A stretch of 64,000 nucleotides of DNA from assembly GCA_000830315.1 (NCBI GenBank), contig CP010426.1, forward strand, positions 588,663 to 652,662, in the 5' to 3' direction. This document shows, piece by piece, positions 48,746 through 58,655 of the stretch. The stretch is from an archaeon GW2011_AR20. GTDB lineage: Archaea > Nanobdellota > Nanobdellia > SCGC-AAA011-G17 > GW2011-AR20. How positions within the stretch are numbered: position 1 is the first letter of the stretch; every line of letters starts with the position of its first letter. The notes under the pieces were generated by a model. That model searched no databases and was not told the origin of the DNA. It saw nothing but the letters and a program-made list of their open reading frames with translations. Both the position numbers and the translations under genes were made by a program.

Positions 48746-50388
48746 ATTATTCCAAACAAGTCTGTTAAATTTAATTCTAATGCGCTTACAGGCACTTCTA
48801 AATTCCAATTTTCTAAAACCGAGGGATGTATTTCCCCGATATAAGCAATATTTTTTCCATTTAAAGAAACTCTTCCAGCCCTTCCAGAAATAAATGAATT
48901 ATGTTCAATTTCTTTAATATCATATTTTAAATCTAAGCTCGAAAACAATGAATCAAGGATTTGCTTTATCTGTGTGAAATCTGCTTTATTATGGCATACT
49001 GCTATTGCCAATCTCTCTTGCTCGATTACACCCGTTTCAGAATTGCCTTTTTTAAAGATATTTCCGATTTCAAATATATTCTGGGGATATTCATTATGCT
49101 TGTTCTTGCTTAATATTTCTAACAAATTAGGAATTATCCAAGATCTTAAAGCATCATAACCTTGAGATAAAGAATTAGCTAAAGAAACAGTCTCTTGCTC
49201 ATTTAAATTCATCTTATTATATAAATTATTTTTGTTTGTTAAATTATAATTTCTAACTTCAATTAAATTTAATCCTATTAATATATCAATTATTTTTTCT
49301 TTAAATTCATAATATTTATCTTCTTTTGCAATTGTAGCTATATTTGGGATTGTTTCTGTAAACTTATCATATCCATAAGCAATTGCAATATCCTCGACTA
49401 AATCAATTTCATGTAAGATGTCTGCCCTGTAAGCTGGGATTAAAACCTTTTTATCCTTATAGCCATAACCCATTTTCTCTAATAACTTTTTAACATCATT
49501 TTCTTTTAAATCTAAGCCAAGAATTTTATTGGCATAATTAATATTTATCCTCATTTCTTCTGGTTCTAAATTTGGAGTAATCTCTTTTTTATTTCCATAT
49601 GTTAATTCATTTTCATATATTATTCCATTTAAATCGGCCAATGCACAAACAATAATATTCAGGCATTTCTTTAACACTTTTAAATCAAAGCCAGAACATT
49701 CAACAAAAACATCTTTTGTCTTTTCTGCAACCCTGCCAACTTTTTCAGAATTTATAATTGGTGGCATTGATAAAATATTATTGTTGGCATCAATAAATAA
49801 AGGATAAACCTTAGCATCTTTTAATAAATGCCCATATTCTTTTCCAGTAGAATGTTTTTCTAATATTTCATTAGCACTTATTTCATTATTTGAATCAAGA
49901 GGCTGGAATTTAATTTCATTTGGAGATTTAGCCAAAAATCTTATTGGAAATTTTATTTTTTCTAAAGGGTAAATTCCTATAGCTACTTTCTTCCTGTTTC
50001 TTCCATAAGTAATATGTAATTTTTCCTGCAATTGAATAATTTCCTTAATTCTTGCTTCATTCAAATTTAAATTTTTAACAACAGCGCAGACAGTATAAGG
50101 ACGAACTTGTTTTACAGAATCTTCAATAATTATCTTATAATCTGATTTTTCTGTTTTATATCTTTTTAATCCTAGTTTATGTTCTATAAGTTGTGCTAAT
50201 GAACGCGCTAATCCCGCTTCACTTAGCAAATCCGGCCTGTTTGGAAATATTTCAACAATTATTTCTTCATCTGTAATTTCATCTAAATCTGTCCCCAGAG
50301 ATGTTATTTTCTCTTTTAATTCTTCTAAACTTAATTTTTTTCCAATTAAATTTTCAACTTCCTTCCTGTTCAGATTTACTGTTGGCAT
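48733..50388 (-). CDS. pheT: Phenylalanine--tRNA ligase beta subunit
   Basis: PNRPDLLS, QEKLH, SMPPIINS, YRADILHEIDLVEDIAIAYG. Confidence 0.96.
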   Translation of the reverse strand: MPTVNLNRKEVENLIGKKLSLEELKEKITSLGTDLDEITDEEIIVEIFPNRPDLLSEAGLARSLAQLIEHKLGLKRYKTEKSDYKIIIEDSVKQVRPYTVCAVVKNLNLNEARIKEIIQLQEKLHITYGRNRKKVAIGIYPLEKIKFPIRFLAKSPNEIKFQPLDSNNEISANEILEKHSTGKEYGHLLKDAKVYPLFIDANNNILSMPPIINSEKVGRVAEKTKDVFVECSGFDLKVLKKCLNIIVCALADLNGIIYENELTYGNKKEITPNLEPEEMRININYANKILGLDLKENDVKKLLEKMGYGYKDKKVLIPAYRADILHEIDLVEDIAIAYGYDKFTETIPNIATIAKEDKYYEFKEKIIDILIGLNLIEVRNYNLTNKNNLYNKMNLNEQETVSLANSLSQGYDALRSWIIPNLLEILSKNKHNEYPQNIFEIGNIFKKGNSETGVIEQERLAIAVCHNKADFTQIKQILDSLFSSLDLKYDIKEIEHNSFISGRAGRVSLNGKNIAYIGEIHPSVLENWNLEVPVSALELNLTDLFGIIYPK

Positions 50389-50389
50389 T

Positions 50390-52063
50390 TTATTTCATCC
50401 ATAATCTCATTTCTCTTAATTGTTTTAAATCATTTTTATACAATTCACGAATATCTGTAATTTTGTAGTATTCCAAAATGCCCCTTTCTAAACCCTGGCC
50501 AAAAGCCAATACAGGAACATTAATTCCTAATAAAGGCTTAACAACTTCTGGTCTAAACATACCGGCCCCGCCCAATTCAATCCATTTATTTCTTTCAGGA
50601 ATATAAGCGATACAATCAACCGACATTTCAGTATAAGGGTAATAAGAAGGCCTGAACTTAACTTTATCAATCCCTAATTTATTATAATACTCCCTTAAAT
50701 AACCAAGTAAATTTTTAAAATTAACACTCTCATCTATAATAATGCCTTCAATTTGATGTAACTCAAACAAATGAGCCCAATCAATTGCTTCATTTCTAAA
50801 TATTTTGCCAACAGAAAAAAACTTGGCTGGCAACTCCTCTTTCCTTAAAGCAGCAATTGTTCTTGCACTCAATACAGTAGTATGGGTTCTTAAAACTAAT
50901 TTTTTAGCTTCTTCCTCACTCCATTTATAATTCCAACCAGAACTTCCAGTTGTCCATCCATTTTCATGAACAGCTTTAACTCTTTTAACAATCTCGCTAT
51001 TAGGCAATTTTCCTTTGCCATTAATAAAAAAAGTATCTTGCATTTCTCTCGCTGGATGATCTTGCGGAACGAACAGCGCATCAAAATTCCAAAAGCTAGT
51101 TTGTACTAAATTTCCAGTCATTTCTTTAAACCCCAGTTCAAGCCATATTTTTCTTATGTAATTAATGGCTTCATTGACAAAATGTCTTCTTCCAGGATAA
51201 ATTCTTGGTATTTCTGATTGAATATTAAATCTCCTGAATGTCTTGTTTTTCCAGGATTTTTTTAACAGCATTTCCTGGTTCAATGATTCAATTAAATTGG
51301 TTTTTAGCTTATGATTAATTAATTCTTTTCCTAAATCAGTTAACCCAGCATAAATTGTTTTTTTAACATCTGTTTTAATTATTTCTTTTCTTGATCCGAG
51401 CTCATTGTAAATTAATTTATCTTCTTTGTTTAATTTTAACAATTCTAACGGTAATTTTTTTAAGAATAATTCTTCTTTGCTTTTTTCTCTCAATAATTTA
51501 TTTCCTTCATCTGTAACTGTAATTTCCTTTTTAAAATTAATCGCATTTAATCTCTTTAGTTTTCCGATAGAAACATTAATTTCATCCTGATTCAGGTGTT
51601 TCCTCAAGTTTTCTAGATTATTCGGAAGTAATTTTAGAAATTGTTTTTCGGGAAATCCTTTTTTTAGGTAAATTAACCCGTTCTTATCTAAATTTATGAT
51701 TTCCTTTTCTTCTTTGTTTATCTTAATTAAATTTTTAGCCTCTAACCAGCCCAATGCACGTAAGACTTCTATTTGCTGTAATCTTGATATTTCAGCTATC
51801 TTGCTTAATTCATTCTCTTCTTTTAATATTGGAAATACTTTTCTTTCTGATGGTGTAAGGCTTTCAATCAATTTCTCTTTTTCTGACTTTTCTTTAGGGG
51901 CATGAAGTTCATTCAAGAATTCCTGCTTGATTTCTTCCAGGTTCTTAGGCAGTTCTTTTCCTAGATATCTGCTTTTTTTGAGAAATTTGTTACTTTGCCT
52001 TATTGTATGAAATAAATACCAATAATCCTGGCCTTTAATATTGACTTTTTTAACATAAGCCAT
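50390..52063 (-). CDS. pheS: Phenylalanine--tRNA ligase alpha subunit with extra N-terminal domain
   Basis: FWNFDALFVPQDHPAREMQDTF, LRTHTT, FRNE, YPYTE, GAGMFRPEV, GLER; start placed at MAYVKK. Confidence 0.95.
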   Translation of the reverse strand: MAYVKKVNIKGQDYWYLFHTIRQSNKFLKKSRYLGKELPKNLEEIKQEFLNELHAPKEKSEKEKLIESLTPSERKVFPILKEENELSKIAEISRLQQIEVLRALGWLEAKNLIKINKEEKEIINLDKNGLIYLKKGFPEKQFLKLLPNNLENLRKHLNQDEINVSIGKLKRLNAINFKKEITVTDEGNKLLREKSKEELFLKKLPLELLKLNKEDKLIYNELGSRKEIIKTDVKKTIYAGLTDLGKELINHKLKTNLIESLNQEMLLKKSWKNKTFRRFNIQSEIPRIYPGRRHFVNEAINYIRKIWLELGFKEMTGNLVQTSFWNFDALFVPQDHPAREMQDTFFINGKGKLPNSEIVKRVKAVHENGWTTGSSGWNYKWSEEEAKKLVLRTHTTVLSARTIAALRKEELPAKFFSVGKIFRNEAIDWAHLFELHQIEGIIIDESVNFKNLLGYLREYYNKLGIDKVKFRPSYYPYTEMSVDCIAYIPERNKWIELGGAGMFRPEVVKPLLGINVPVLAFGQGLERGILEYYKITDIRELYKNDLKQLREMRLWMK

Positions 52064-52070
52064 AAAATAA

Positions 52071-52157
52071 TTAATTACCACTTATTTATAAATCTTTCTA
52101 TTAATTACCACGATATTACATACCACAAATATAAAGAATCTAATAGTTAATTACCAC
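52071..52157. repeat. Three perfect 11-bp direct repeats TTAATTACCAC around the pheS TATA box
   Basis: Copies at 52071, 52101 and 52147, plus partial TACCAC at 52121. Confidence 0.85.
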
Positions 52158-52159
52158 AA

Positions 52160-52513
52160 TTAAGCCACTTTTTGTTCTAAACGTTGCACTTTTTTATAAT
52201 CAAAAATATCTTGTTCTATTTCATCAGCTTTAGGCCCCATAATGAAAATATTAACTAAACCACTATCATGCCTTTCTAATTTTACTTCATTTTTCAAGCC
52301 ACGATAAGTGTGGGATACTATCTTATGAAAATCCTTAATAAAATGTAAACCAAATCTTCCAAGTAAATAAACACTTGATTGAATAATTTTATGAATAGTA
52401 CTCAAGTCCTCTTTTGTTAATGTGTTCAATGAGAAGGTTATGCGATTATTATAATTTCCAGTTAACAAACTTGTCTTTTCATTCTCATATTGTATTTCGC
52501 CGTAGGATTTCAT
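52160..52513 (-). CDS. Hypothetical protein
   Basis: 117-aa ORF, last of the apparent TrmB operon. Confidence 0.55.
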   Translation of the reverse strand: MKSYGEIQYENEKTSLLTGNYNNRITFSLNTLTKEDLSTIHKIIQSSVYLLGRFGLHFIKDFHKIVSHTYRGLKNEVKLERHDSGLVNIFIMGPKADEIEQDIFDYKKVQRLEQKVA

Positions 52514-52518
52514 TTTTT

Positions 52519-53130
52519 TTAAACTTCAAAATTTTTGCGCGATTCACGCACCCCGAGACCCCCATTCGAGTAAAAGGGACTCCCCCTACAGTTGAGGTAA
52601 GCCCAGTCCGAGCCAGCGACGAACCTCGCGACACGACCATCTATTGGTGAAAAATAAAAGATTTCCTTACCTCGCAATTTTGTAACTAATCCATCTTCAT
52701 TAATATGCTTAAAACTAGTCCAACCACCCATCATCAAAGGTTTAATTTCTTTGATAGAAGTTGGACTTATTTTATCATTAATAACCTTAAATCCAGATTC
52801 CATGTACCACTTTTCATCATATTTAAAAAATCTATTTCCGAAATATTCAGCCCTCCAAGGAGTCCTTCGATCAATCATTTCATCAAGTAAACCTTGTTTT
52901 TCTAAAGTGCTTACTAAACTGCCTTTTCCATCATAAGTTTTTTTTCTTGAATCTAATAAATCTCTTAAATCTAAAAAATCCCTAATCTCACACATATCTC
53001 CTTTTCTTTCAGCTAATTTTCTTATTTGTTCTTCCCAATCATGCTTGTACAGAACTCTATTTTTAGCCGAATATAAATTAGAATCCCTATCTTTTATTAA
53101 AATATAATCTGCTGGATTTATTTCTGCCAT
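52519..53130 (-). CDS. Putative DGR target-like protein with C-terminal variable-region-like segment
   Basis: C-terminus VARFVAGSDWAYLNCRGSPFYSNGGLGVR encoded by a ~63% GC segment (52528-52638) rich in NNC/NNT/NGG codons. Confidence 0.72.
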   Translation of the reverse strand: MAEINPADYILIKDRDSNLYSAKNRVLYKHDWEEQIRKLAERKGDMCEIRDFLDLRDLLDSRKKTYDGKGSLVSTLEKQGLLDEMIDRRTPWRAEYFGNRFFKYDEKWYMESGFKVINDKISPTSIKEIKPLMMGGWTSFKHINEDGLVTKLRGKEIFYFSPIDGRVARFVAGSDWAYLNCRGSPFYSNGGLGVRESRKNFEV

Positions 53131-53131
53131 T

Positions 53132-53923
53132 TTACTTTAAACTTTCCCAGGTTAAATTAAACATCTGCTCTAGTGCTGAAGCAAAATAGCTTGTATCTAC
53201 CCATACTCCTGTATCATAACTTTCATGAACCTTGTCATCTTCCATCATCATGAACAGCAATTCCTTTCCATCTACAACGCAGAATCTTGCATTCACCTTG
53301 TCTATATTCCTGACATCTGCATATTTTCTTAATATTTCAACAGTATCCTTATTATCCTTTGTAATGGGGGCAGCTATTCTTACCTTAACATTCTTGAATT
53401 TCTTTAATAATGGAACCAGAATTTCAGATTTTCTCTGCAATCCTTTTGCTGTGGTCATTATTGTAACACTTTTCTGGGCTTTTCTCATCATATCCTCTAA
53501 TAAATCATAAACTTTGCTTCTTCCTTTTAATGCCCCTGATAAATCACTTGGGTCAACTTTCTTAATGCCCTGGTCATGCAATAATTGTAACTCGCGATAT
53601 AATTCTGTTTTTCTTACATCTTCAAGCATCTTAACCTGCTCTTCTGCCTTTCTTGACAATTGTGACTTAACCCTTCTAAGAATTTCCTCGGGTTTAACAG
53701 CCATATACTTTATTGGCTTTCCTAATTTCATTATGATAAAGCCTTTCTTTTCTAGACTTTCTAGAACATCATAGCTTCTTGATCTAGGAACATTGCTAAT
53801 TTCGGATAATTCTCCAGCTGCACTTACACCCCTGCTTAATAATGCCGTCCAGATTTTTACCTCATATTCATTTAAATCAAATGCGCTTCTTAATTTTTTT
53901 AAAAAATCTTCTTTGACTATCAT
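53132..53923 (-). CDS. TrmB family transcriptional regulator / chromatin protein (TrmBL2-like)
   Basis: LNEYEVKIWTALL, ELSEISNVPRSRSYDVLESLEKKG, ARFCVVDG. Confidence 0.92.
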   Translation of the reverse strand: MIVKEDFLKKLRSAFDLNEYEVKIWTALLSRGVSAAGELSEISNVPRSRSYDVLESLEKKGFIIMKLGKPIKYMAVKPEEILRRVKSQLSRKAEEQVKMLEDVRKTELYRELQLLHDQGIKKVDPSDLSGALKGRSKVYDLLEDMMRKAQKSVTIMTTAKGLQRKSEILVPLLKKFKNVKVRIAAPITKDNKDTVEILRKYADVRNIDKVNARFCVVDGKELLFMMMEDDKVHESYDTGVWVDTSYFASALEQMFNLTWESLK

Positions 53924-54786
53924 ATTATTCTCCTTAACTTAATATTTCTGACTTGTTTAACAGCTAATTCATATTGTTGTTGTAATTCTTTTTCTTTTTT
54001 TAATCTTTCCTGCTCTAGTTTAGCAACTCGTTCATCGAGACTTCCACTGGAAAAATTTCGTACGACGTTCACCCTGCCATTGACATTCGAGCCAGCCAAG
54101 TTCTCGCCCCTGGCATTGAGGCTCAAGTTCCCGTACCGATAGAACCCGAAGACGCCATTATTGTTGTCTACATATAAAGTTCTGTTTCCTCTTCCTAACT
54201 TGCTTGGAAATCCTGTCTTCTGTAAACCCTTGTCACTGGAATCAAATTTGCCTGTTTTTCTATTTAAAATTGGAACATTATAAACTTCTGTTAATTCATC
54301 TGCATTTAATCCTAGACCATTTTCATAAGTTGAATTTTTAACAACATTCATTAATCCAGTTATTACAAATGGTTTGCTTAATTTAACATTAGGAAAATCA
54401 CTTTTAACCTGCTCCCTTAAGTTTTCCCATAAGTTGGGGTTAACTCCTTCTTTTGGATAAACTATTAATCCCAAATCTTCGTAAGTTGAAGTCGGATCTG
54501 TTAAAGTATCATTTGCTAAAGCAATTTCACTTTCTCTGGCGTTTATTGGATGAACATTTTCTCCTGTAATTTGTCTGTAAGCATTTACAACTGCATTTCT
54601 AAAATAAATATTGCTTCCTCTTACAGGACCTTGAGATTTGATATCTAAAGTAACTAAAGCTGCTTTTGTATCCTTATAATCTGTCAATACTTTCTTAACA
54701 GCTTCTCTTCCAGCTTCATCGTATTGCAATTGAAATATCTGAGGAACATCTACTTTAATTATCGGTTGCCCTTGTGTTGATTTCAT
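53920..54786 (-). CDS. Putative DGR target-like protein, paralog of 24296..25171
   Basis: GC-rich segment 54051-54156 encoding GVFGFYRYGNLSLNARGENLAGSNVNGRV, then a coiled-coil tail. Confidence 0.72.
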   Translation of the reverse strand: MKSTQGQPIIKVDVPQIFQLQYDEAGREAVKKVLTDYKDTKAALVTLDIKSQGPVRGSNIYFRNAVVNAYRQITGENVHPINARESEIALANDTLTDPTSTYEDLGLIVYPKEGVNPNLWENLREQVKSDFPNVKLSKPFVITGLMNVVKNSTYENGLGLNADELTEVYNVPILNRKTGKFDSSDKGLQKTGFPSKLGRGNRTLYVDNNNGVFGFYRYGNLSLNARGENLAGSNVNGRVNVVRNFSSGSLDERVAKLEQERLKKEKELQQQYELAVKQVRNIKLRRII

Positions 54787-54843
54787 TTTAACTCGAGTAA
54801 ATTAGAAGTAAGTTAGTATTTATAAAGCTTTCGTTTTATGCGC

Positions 54844-54853
54844 ACTTTAAAGT
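54844..54853. promoter_or_regulatory. Palindrome ACTTTAAAGT upstream of BRE/TATA
   Basis: 17 nt from TTTATAAA (54819-54826), with CGAAAGC BRE between. Confidence 0.65.
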
Positions 54854-54864
54854 AGTTACATTTA

Positions 54865-55986
54865 TTAAAATTTTAGAACAAATTTCTCAACCAATTTTCC
54901 GGCTTTTCTTCTCTTTTCCTGGTGTTTTTTCAGAAATTTGTTTAATTTCTCTATTAAGATTTGCTTTAGCTCGGATGTTAATAAACTGCCTGATTTATAA
55001 TCATCATAAATTTTTTTTAGTTTTTCATCATTGTCTTCAAAATAAGTCAGCCATTGATAACTTACATCCACGTCCGGATTTCCGCCTTTTTTTCTGTGTT
55101 CTTCAATTGTGCTTCTGCCGCCGGAAAAGGCATATTTCCTGATTTTAGTTTCAATTTCTTTTTCTGAATCTGTGGTTAATATGGAAAGATTATCTTCAGA
55201 ACTTGACATTTTTCCTTCCATGCCTGTTAAGGGAGGCATGAATTTGGAATGAAGGATTGCTGGTTTATGATAACCAAGTTTTTCAACTACATCCCTGCTT
55301 ATTCTAAAATGAACGTCCTGGTCAATTGCCAGAGGAATCAGGCACGGCCTGTTTTCTTTTCTTAGAATATTTGGCAGAAACACAGGAACAGTCTGCATTG
55401 CAGTATAGAAAATGCTCCCTATATTATTTGAATCCGTAAATCCAAATGCTGCTTTAATTGTTGAGAAATTTATTTTTTTTGCTACCTTGATTGCCTCCGG
55501 GTACAGCAAGCCCGCGTGTTTTGTATCTATTAAAAAATGCGTGTTTTTCGGATTAAAGCCAAGTGCAATAACATCCAGCATGTTTTCATAAGTCCATTTC
55601 TGAATCTCATCATAACTCTTGCCTTTAAACAAAAACTTTTCATCGTCTGTGAATTGAAACCATAATTCTGTCTTAAATTTGTCCTGCAGCCATTTTGTAA
55701 ATGACCAAACAGATAAATGCCCTATGTGAATTGGGCCAGAAGGACCGCATCCCGTATATAAAAAGAATTTATTTCCTTTTTCATATTCGTCCAAGCACCA
55801 TTTCAAATCACGCTGGGCAAAGAATATTTTTCTTCTTAAATAAGGGTGCAGATCTTTTGTATATTTTTTTATCCTGCTTAAATCCTCATCGCTTATTTTA
55901 TTAACACCAAATTCTTTTATTAATTTATCATAGTCAATCTTGCCCCTGACTTCATAAGGACCAACACTAAATTCTCTTTTTTGCAT
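54865..55986 (-). CDS. trpS: Tryptophan--tRNA ligase
   Basis: YTGCGPSGPIHIGH, TDDEK, AIDQD, KMSSS, AFSGGR. Confidence 0.96.
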   Translation of the reverse strand: MQKREFSVGPYEVRGKIDYDKLIKEFGVNKISDEDLSRIKKYTKDLHPYLRRKIFFAQRDLKWCLDEYEKGNKFFLYTGCGPSGPIHIGHLSVWSFTKWLQDKFKTELWFQFTDDEKFLFKGKSYDEIQKWTYENMLDVIALGFNPKNTHFLIDTKHAGLLYPEAIKVAKKINFSTIKAAFGFTDSNNIGSIFYTAMQTVPVFLPNILRKENRPCLIPLAIDQDVHFRISRDVVEKLGYHKPAILHSKFMPPLTGMEGKMSSSEDNLSILTTDSEKEIETKIRKYAFSGGRSTIEEHRKKGGNPDVDVSYQWLTYFEDNDEKLKKIYDDYKSGSLLTSELKQILIEKLNKFLKKHQEKRRKAGKLVEKFVLKF

Positions 55987-56016
55987 ATTTAACAAAAATT
56001 AAGTTAATATTTAAAT

Positions 56017-57579
56017 TTAACCACTAAACCATTTCTTTGTAAGCTCTCTTAATAAATAAACTGCTACAAGCAACAATGCAATATACCCTACCAAGGTATA
56101 AATCTGGGGCAAAACAGCGTCCAAGCCCTGGTTAAATAATAATATCTTTCTTAATGCAGTTTCTCCTTGTATGTATGGATTAAACTGCACAATATCACGC
56201 AAAGAGCCGGGCAGTGTTTCCAGAGGCAAGATTGTGTTTGAAAAGAACAATAATATTGCACCCAAAGATACAGAAGCGATGTTTGCTGTCTCGCCTGATT
56301 TGAATAAATAACCAATTAGCATTCCAAGGAGTATGAAAACGCTTCCAAGCAAAATTAATATGATAAATGCATTAAACAAAGCAACATCTGTCACAACTGT
56401 GTCTGTTATTCCAAACATAACAATGAATATTATGACTAATTGCACCAAAACAATCAGCACGCTTGAGATATAATTTCCCATGATAAATATGATATCCGGC
56501 GTCGGAGTAATAAAATTCCTGAAATATGCCTTGCTTTCTTTTTCCTGCACAATTGTAGTTGATGCAAGCAATAATCCTGCAAACAATAAAACTAGAACAA
56601 CTAAAGTCGGGAATGTATAATTCAAATTAGTTGATTCTGCGGCAACGGGCTTTATTTCAGTTGTCACAGGAGAAACAATTCTTGCAACATCCCTTATTTC
56701 AATTGAGTCAATATCAGCATTTATTTCCTTAATTGTTTTTTCCAAATCTTTCGTGTTCTTAATATCCTCATTTAATTTAGTTTTTACATTTAATAAAGAT
56801 CCTTGATTATCGTCGCGAAGACCTTTAACAGAGGCAACCAAAACAATATATTCATCTTCTATATTCTCGATCACATCTCTCAAATCCCTGTATTTGGCGG
56901 AATTTGGAACACATTCGCCGGTTTCTGAATCAACTGCACAATCATCCTTCTCCAGCACCTTAATCTCCTCATCAACCTCTGAGAAATTGCCTGTTGTATT
57001 CAAATTTAATGCGTTTAAATCATCTATGATATCATTTACAGAATTTCTTGATTCAGTCAATGAGGCAGACAGTGACGTCACTGAACCGGATTTTTCGGTT
57101 AATTTTGTATCGACGTTATTCAGGCTTGTTAATAGCCTGCTTGTCAATGCAGTGCTTAACTCTGTCGATTTTGTCGCAATTTTACTAGAGATCCTGTCTA
57201 AGATAATATAAACAAAATTAATTCTGGATTTATCAACATGAAATACAATTTTGTCATTTGTTTTTAAGCTTAGATCTGGCGGAAAAATCGTGCATACATG
57301 CACATCCCCTGATTTGATCATGTCAATACATCTTGCTTCACTATCAACTTTAATGACTTTGAACTGCTCGTCCTGCAGTTTCTCAACAATGGAATTGCTT
57401 AATTCGCTGTAACTGCCTGAATATGTTCCAACCTTTATATCAAATAACGAGCTTGTGTTAAATGCTAATCCGATTAATAACATTAAAGCTAAGGGTCCTA
57501 ATAAGACAATTAATGCAGAGCTCTTGCTCCTTATTAATAACTTAATATTTTTCTTTATTATCTCTAGTAACTTTGACAT
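56017..57579 (-). CDS. ABC-2 type transporter permease with large extracellular region
   Basis: N-terminal TM, coiled-coil ectodomain, five C-terminal TMs; adjacent to ABC ATPase. Confidence 0.88.
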   Translation of the reverse strand: MSKLLEIIKKNIKLLIRSKSSALIVLLGPLALMLLIGLAFNTSSLFDIKVGTYSGSYSELSNSIVEKLQDEQFKVIKVDSEARCIDMIKSGDVHVCTIFPPDLSLKTNDKIVFHVDKSRINFVYIILDRISSKIATKSTELSTALTSRLLTSLNNVDTKLTEKSGSVTSLSASLTESRNSVNDIIDDLNALNLNTTGNFSEVDEEIKVLEKDDCAVDSETGECVPNSAKYRDLRDVIENIEDEYIVLVASVKGLRDDNQGSLLNVKTKLNEDIKNTKDLEKTIKEINADIDSIEIRDVARIVSPVTTEIKPVAAESTNLNYTFPTLVVLVLLFAGLLLASTTIVQEKESKAYFRNFITPTPDIIFIMGNYISSVLIVLVQLVIIFIVMFGITDTVVTDVALFNAFIILILLGSVFILLGMLIGYLFKSGETANIASVSLGAILLFFSNTILPLETLPGSLRDIVQFNPYIQGETALRKILLFNQGLDAVLPQIYTLVGYIALLLVAVYLLRELTKKWFSG

Positions 57580-58549
57580 TCTCAACCTCTTTTTTTACAT
57601 CCTTTGCTTCTAATTTTGTTAATTCCTCGAATAATTCAGTTAAACTCGGCTTGCCCACTCCAACGCTGATTATCTTTGTCTTGCCTTTTTTTGCCAGGCT
57701 AATCATGTTTTTCAATGCTTTTTCGTTTTTTTGTGTTGTGTAAATATAAATTTTGTTTCCCCTTATGGAATATTTCTTAACATCTTTTTTTCTTTTTAGT
57801 TTCTTGATTAAATGCGAATAATCCCTATCTTCTGTTTCCAGGCTGATTTCAGAGTATCTTGCATATTTATTTTTTAGTTCATTTATATTTCCAGAATCAA
57901 CCACTTTTTTCTTGTCTAAAATTGCTACGTCCCTGCAAATGTATTCAACTTCATCTAATAAATGAGAAGTAATAATTATTGTGATATCTTTTTCCCTGTT
58001 AATCTTATGCAACAAGTCTAAAATTTCATTTCTTAATGCAGGATCTAGATCCTCTGTTGGTTCGTCAAGAATTAAGACTTTTGGGTCATGTATTAACGCA
58101 CACGCAATATCTAAACGTTTTTGCATGCCAGAACTGAGTTTCCACGCAATTAGATCATGCGCATCCTCTAGTTCAACCAATCTTAATAACTCGGGAATTT
58201 TTTCTTTTAAAACATTTGTGGGAATATTATACATCTTTCCAAAGTACCATAAATTTTCATCTACTGTTAACTTGGGATAAAAGCTACCTTCCTGTGCTGC
58301 AAATCCAAACTGTTGCTGTATGCTCTGTAAATCCCTATGTATGTCTCGAGATTGAAATAGAATTTGTCCTTTATCCGGCTTCAAAAATCCAACCAGTAAG
58401 CTAAGAAGTGTTGTCTTTCCAGATCCTGATCTTCCGATGATTCCGAAGATATCCTTATACGGGATGCTTAGGCTTAAATTATCAAGGATTACTTTTGCGC
58501 CGAATGATTTGGTTATGTTTTCAAACTGTATAAAAGGTTGTTCAGCCAT
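57542..58549 (-). CDS. ABC transporter ATP-binding protein
   Basis: GRSGSGKT, LSSGM, ILDEPT, TSH. Confidence 0.95.
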   Translation of the reverse strand: MAEQPFIQFENITKSFGAKVILDNLSLSIPYKDIFGIIGRSGSGKTTLLSLLVGFLKPDKGQILFQSRDIHRDLQSIQQQFGFAAQEGSFYPKLTVDENLWYFGKMYNIPTNVLKEKIPELLRLVELEDAHDLIAWKLSSGMQKRLDIACALIHDPKVLILDEPTEDLDPALRNEILDLLHKINREKDITIIITSHLLDEVEYICRDVAILDKKKVVDSGNINELKNKYARYSEISLETEDRDYSHLIKKLKRKKDVKKYSIRGNKIYIYTTQKNEKALKNMISLAKKGKTKIISVGVGKPSLTELFEELTKLEAKDVKKEVENVKVTRDNKEKY

Positions 58550-58592
58550 CAATATACTTTAATCAAAAATCATATTTAAAGTTAATCTAGTT

Positions 58593-58602
58593 ACTTTAAA
58601 GT
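58593..58602. promoter_or_regulatory. Palindrome ACTTTAAAGT in the divergent ABC/presenilin promoter region
   Basis: Perfect copy about 12 nt from TATTTAAA (58573-58580). Confidence 0.5.
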
Positions 58603-58655
58603 GGGTATTAAGAATAAAAGTTAATTTTTTAAACAAATTAGTAATTAAGATATTG

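Noticed and set aside
28565-52513. Recurring terminal LE(S/Q/E)xx peptide in orphan proteins (LESYL, LESIVK, LEQKVA, LESLK) as a possible targeting signal
   Set aside because: Leu and Glu are very frequent in this proteome; enrichment cannot be shown without a proteome-wide count
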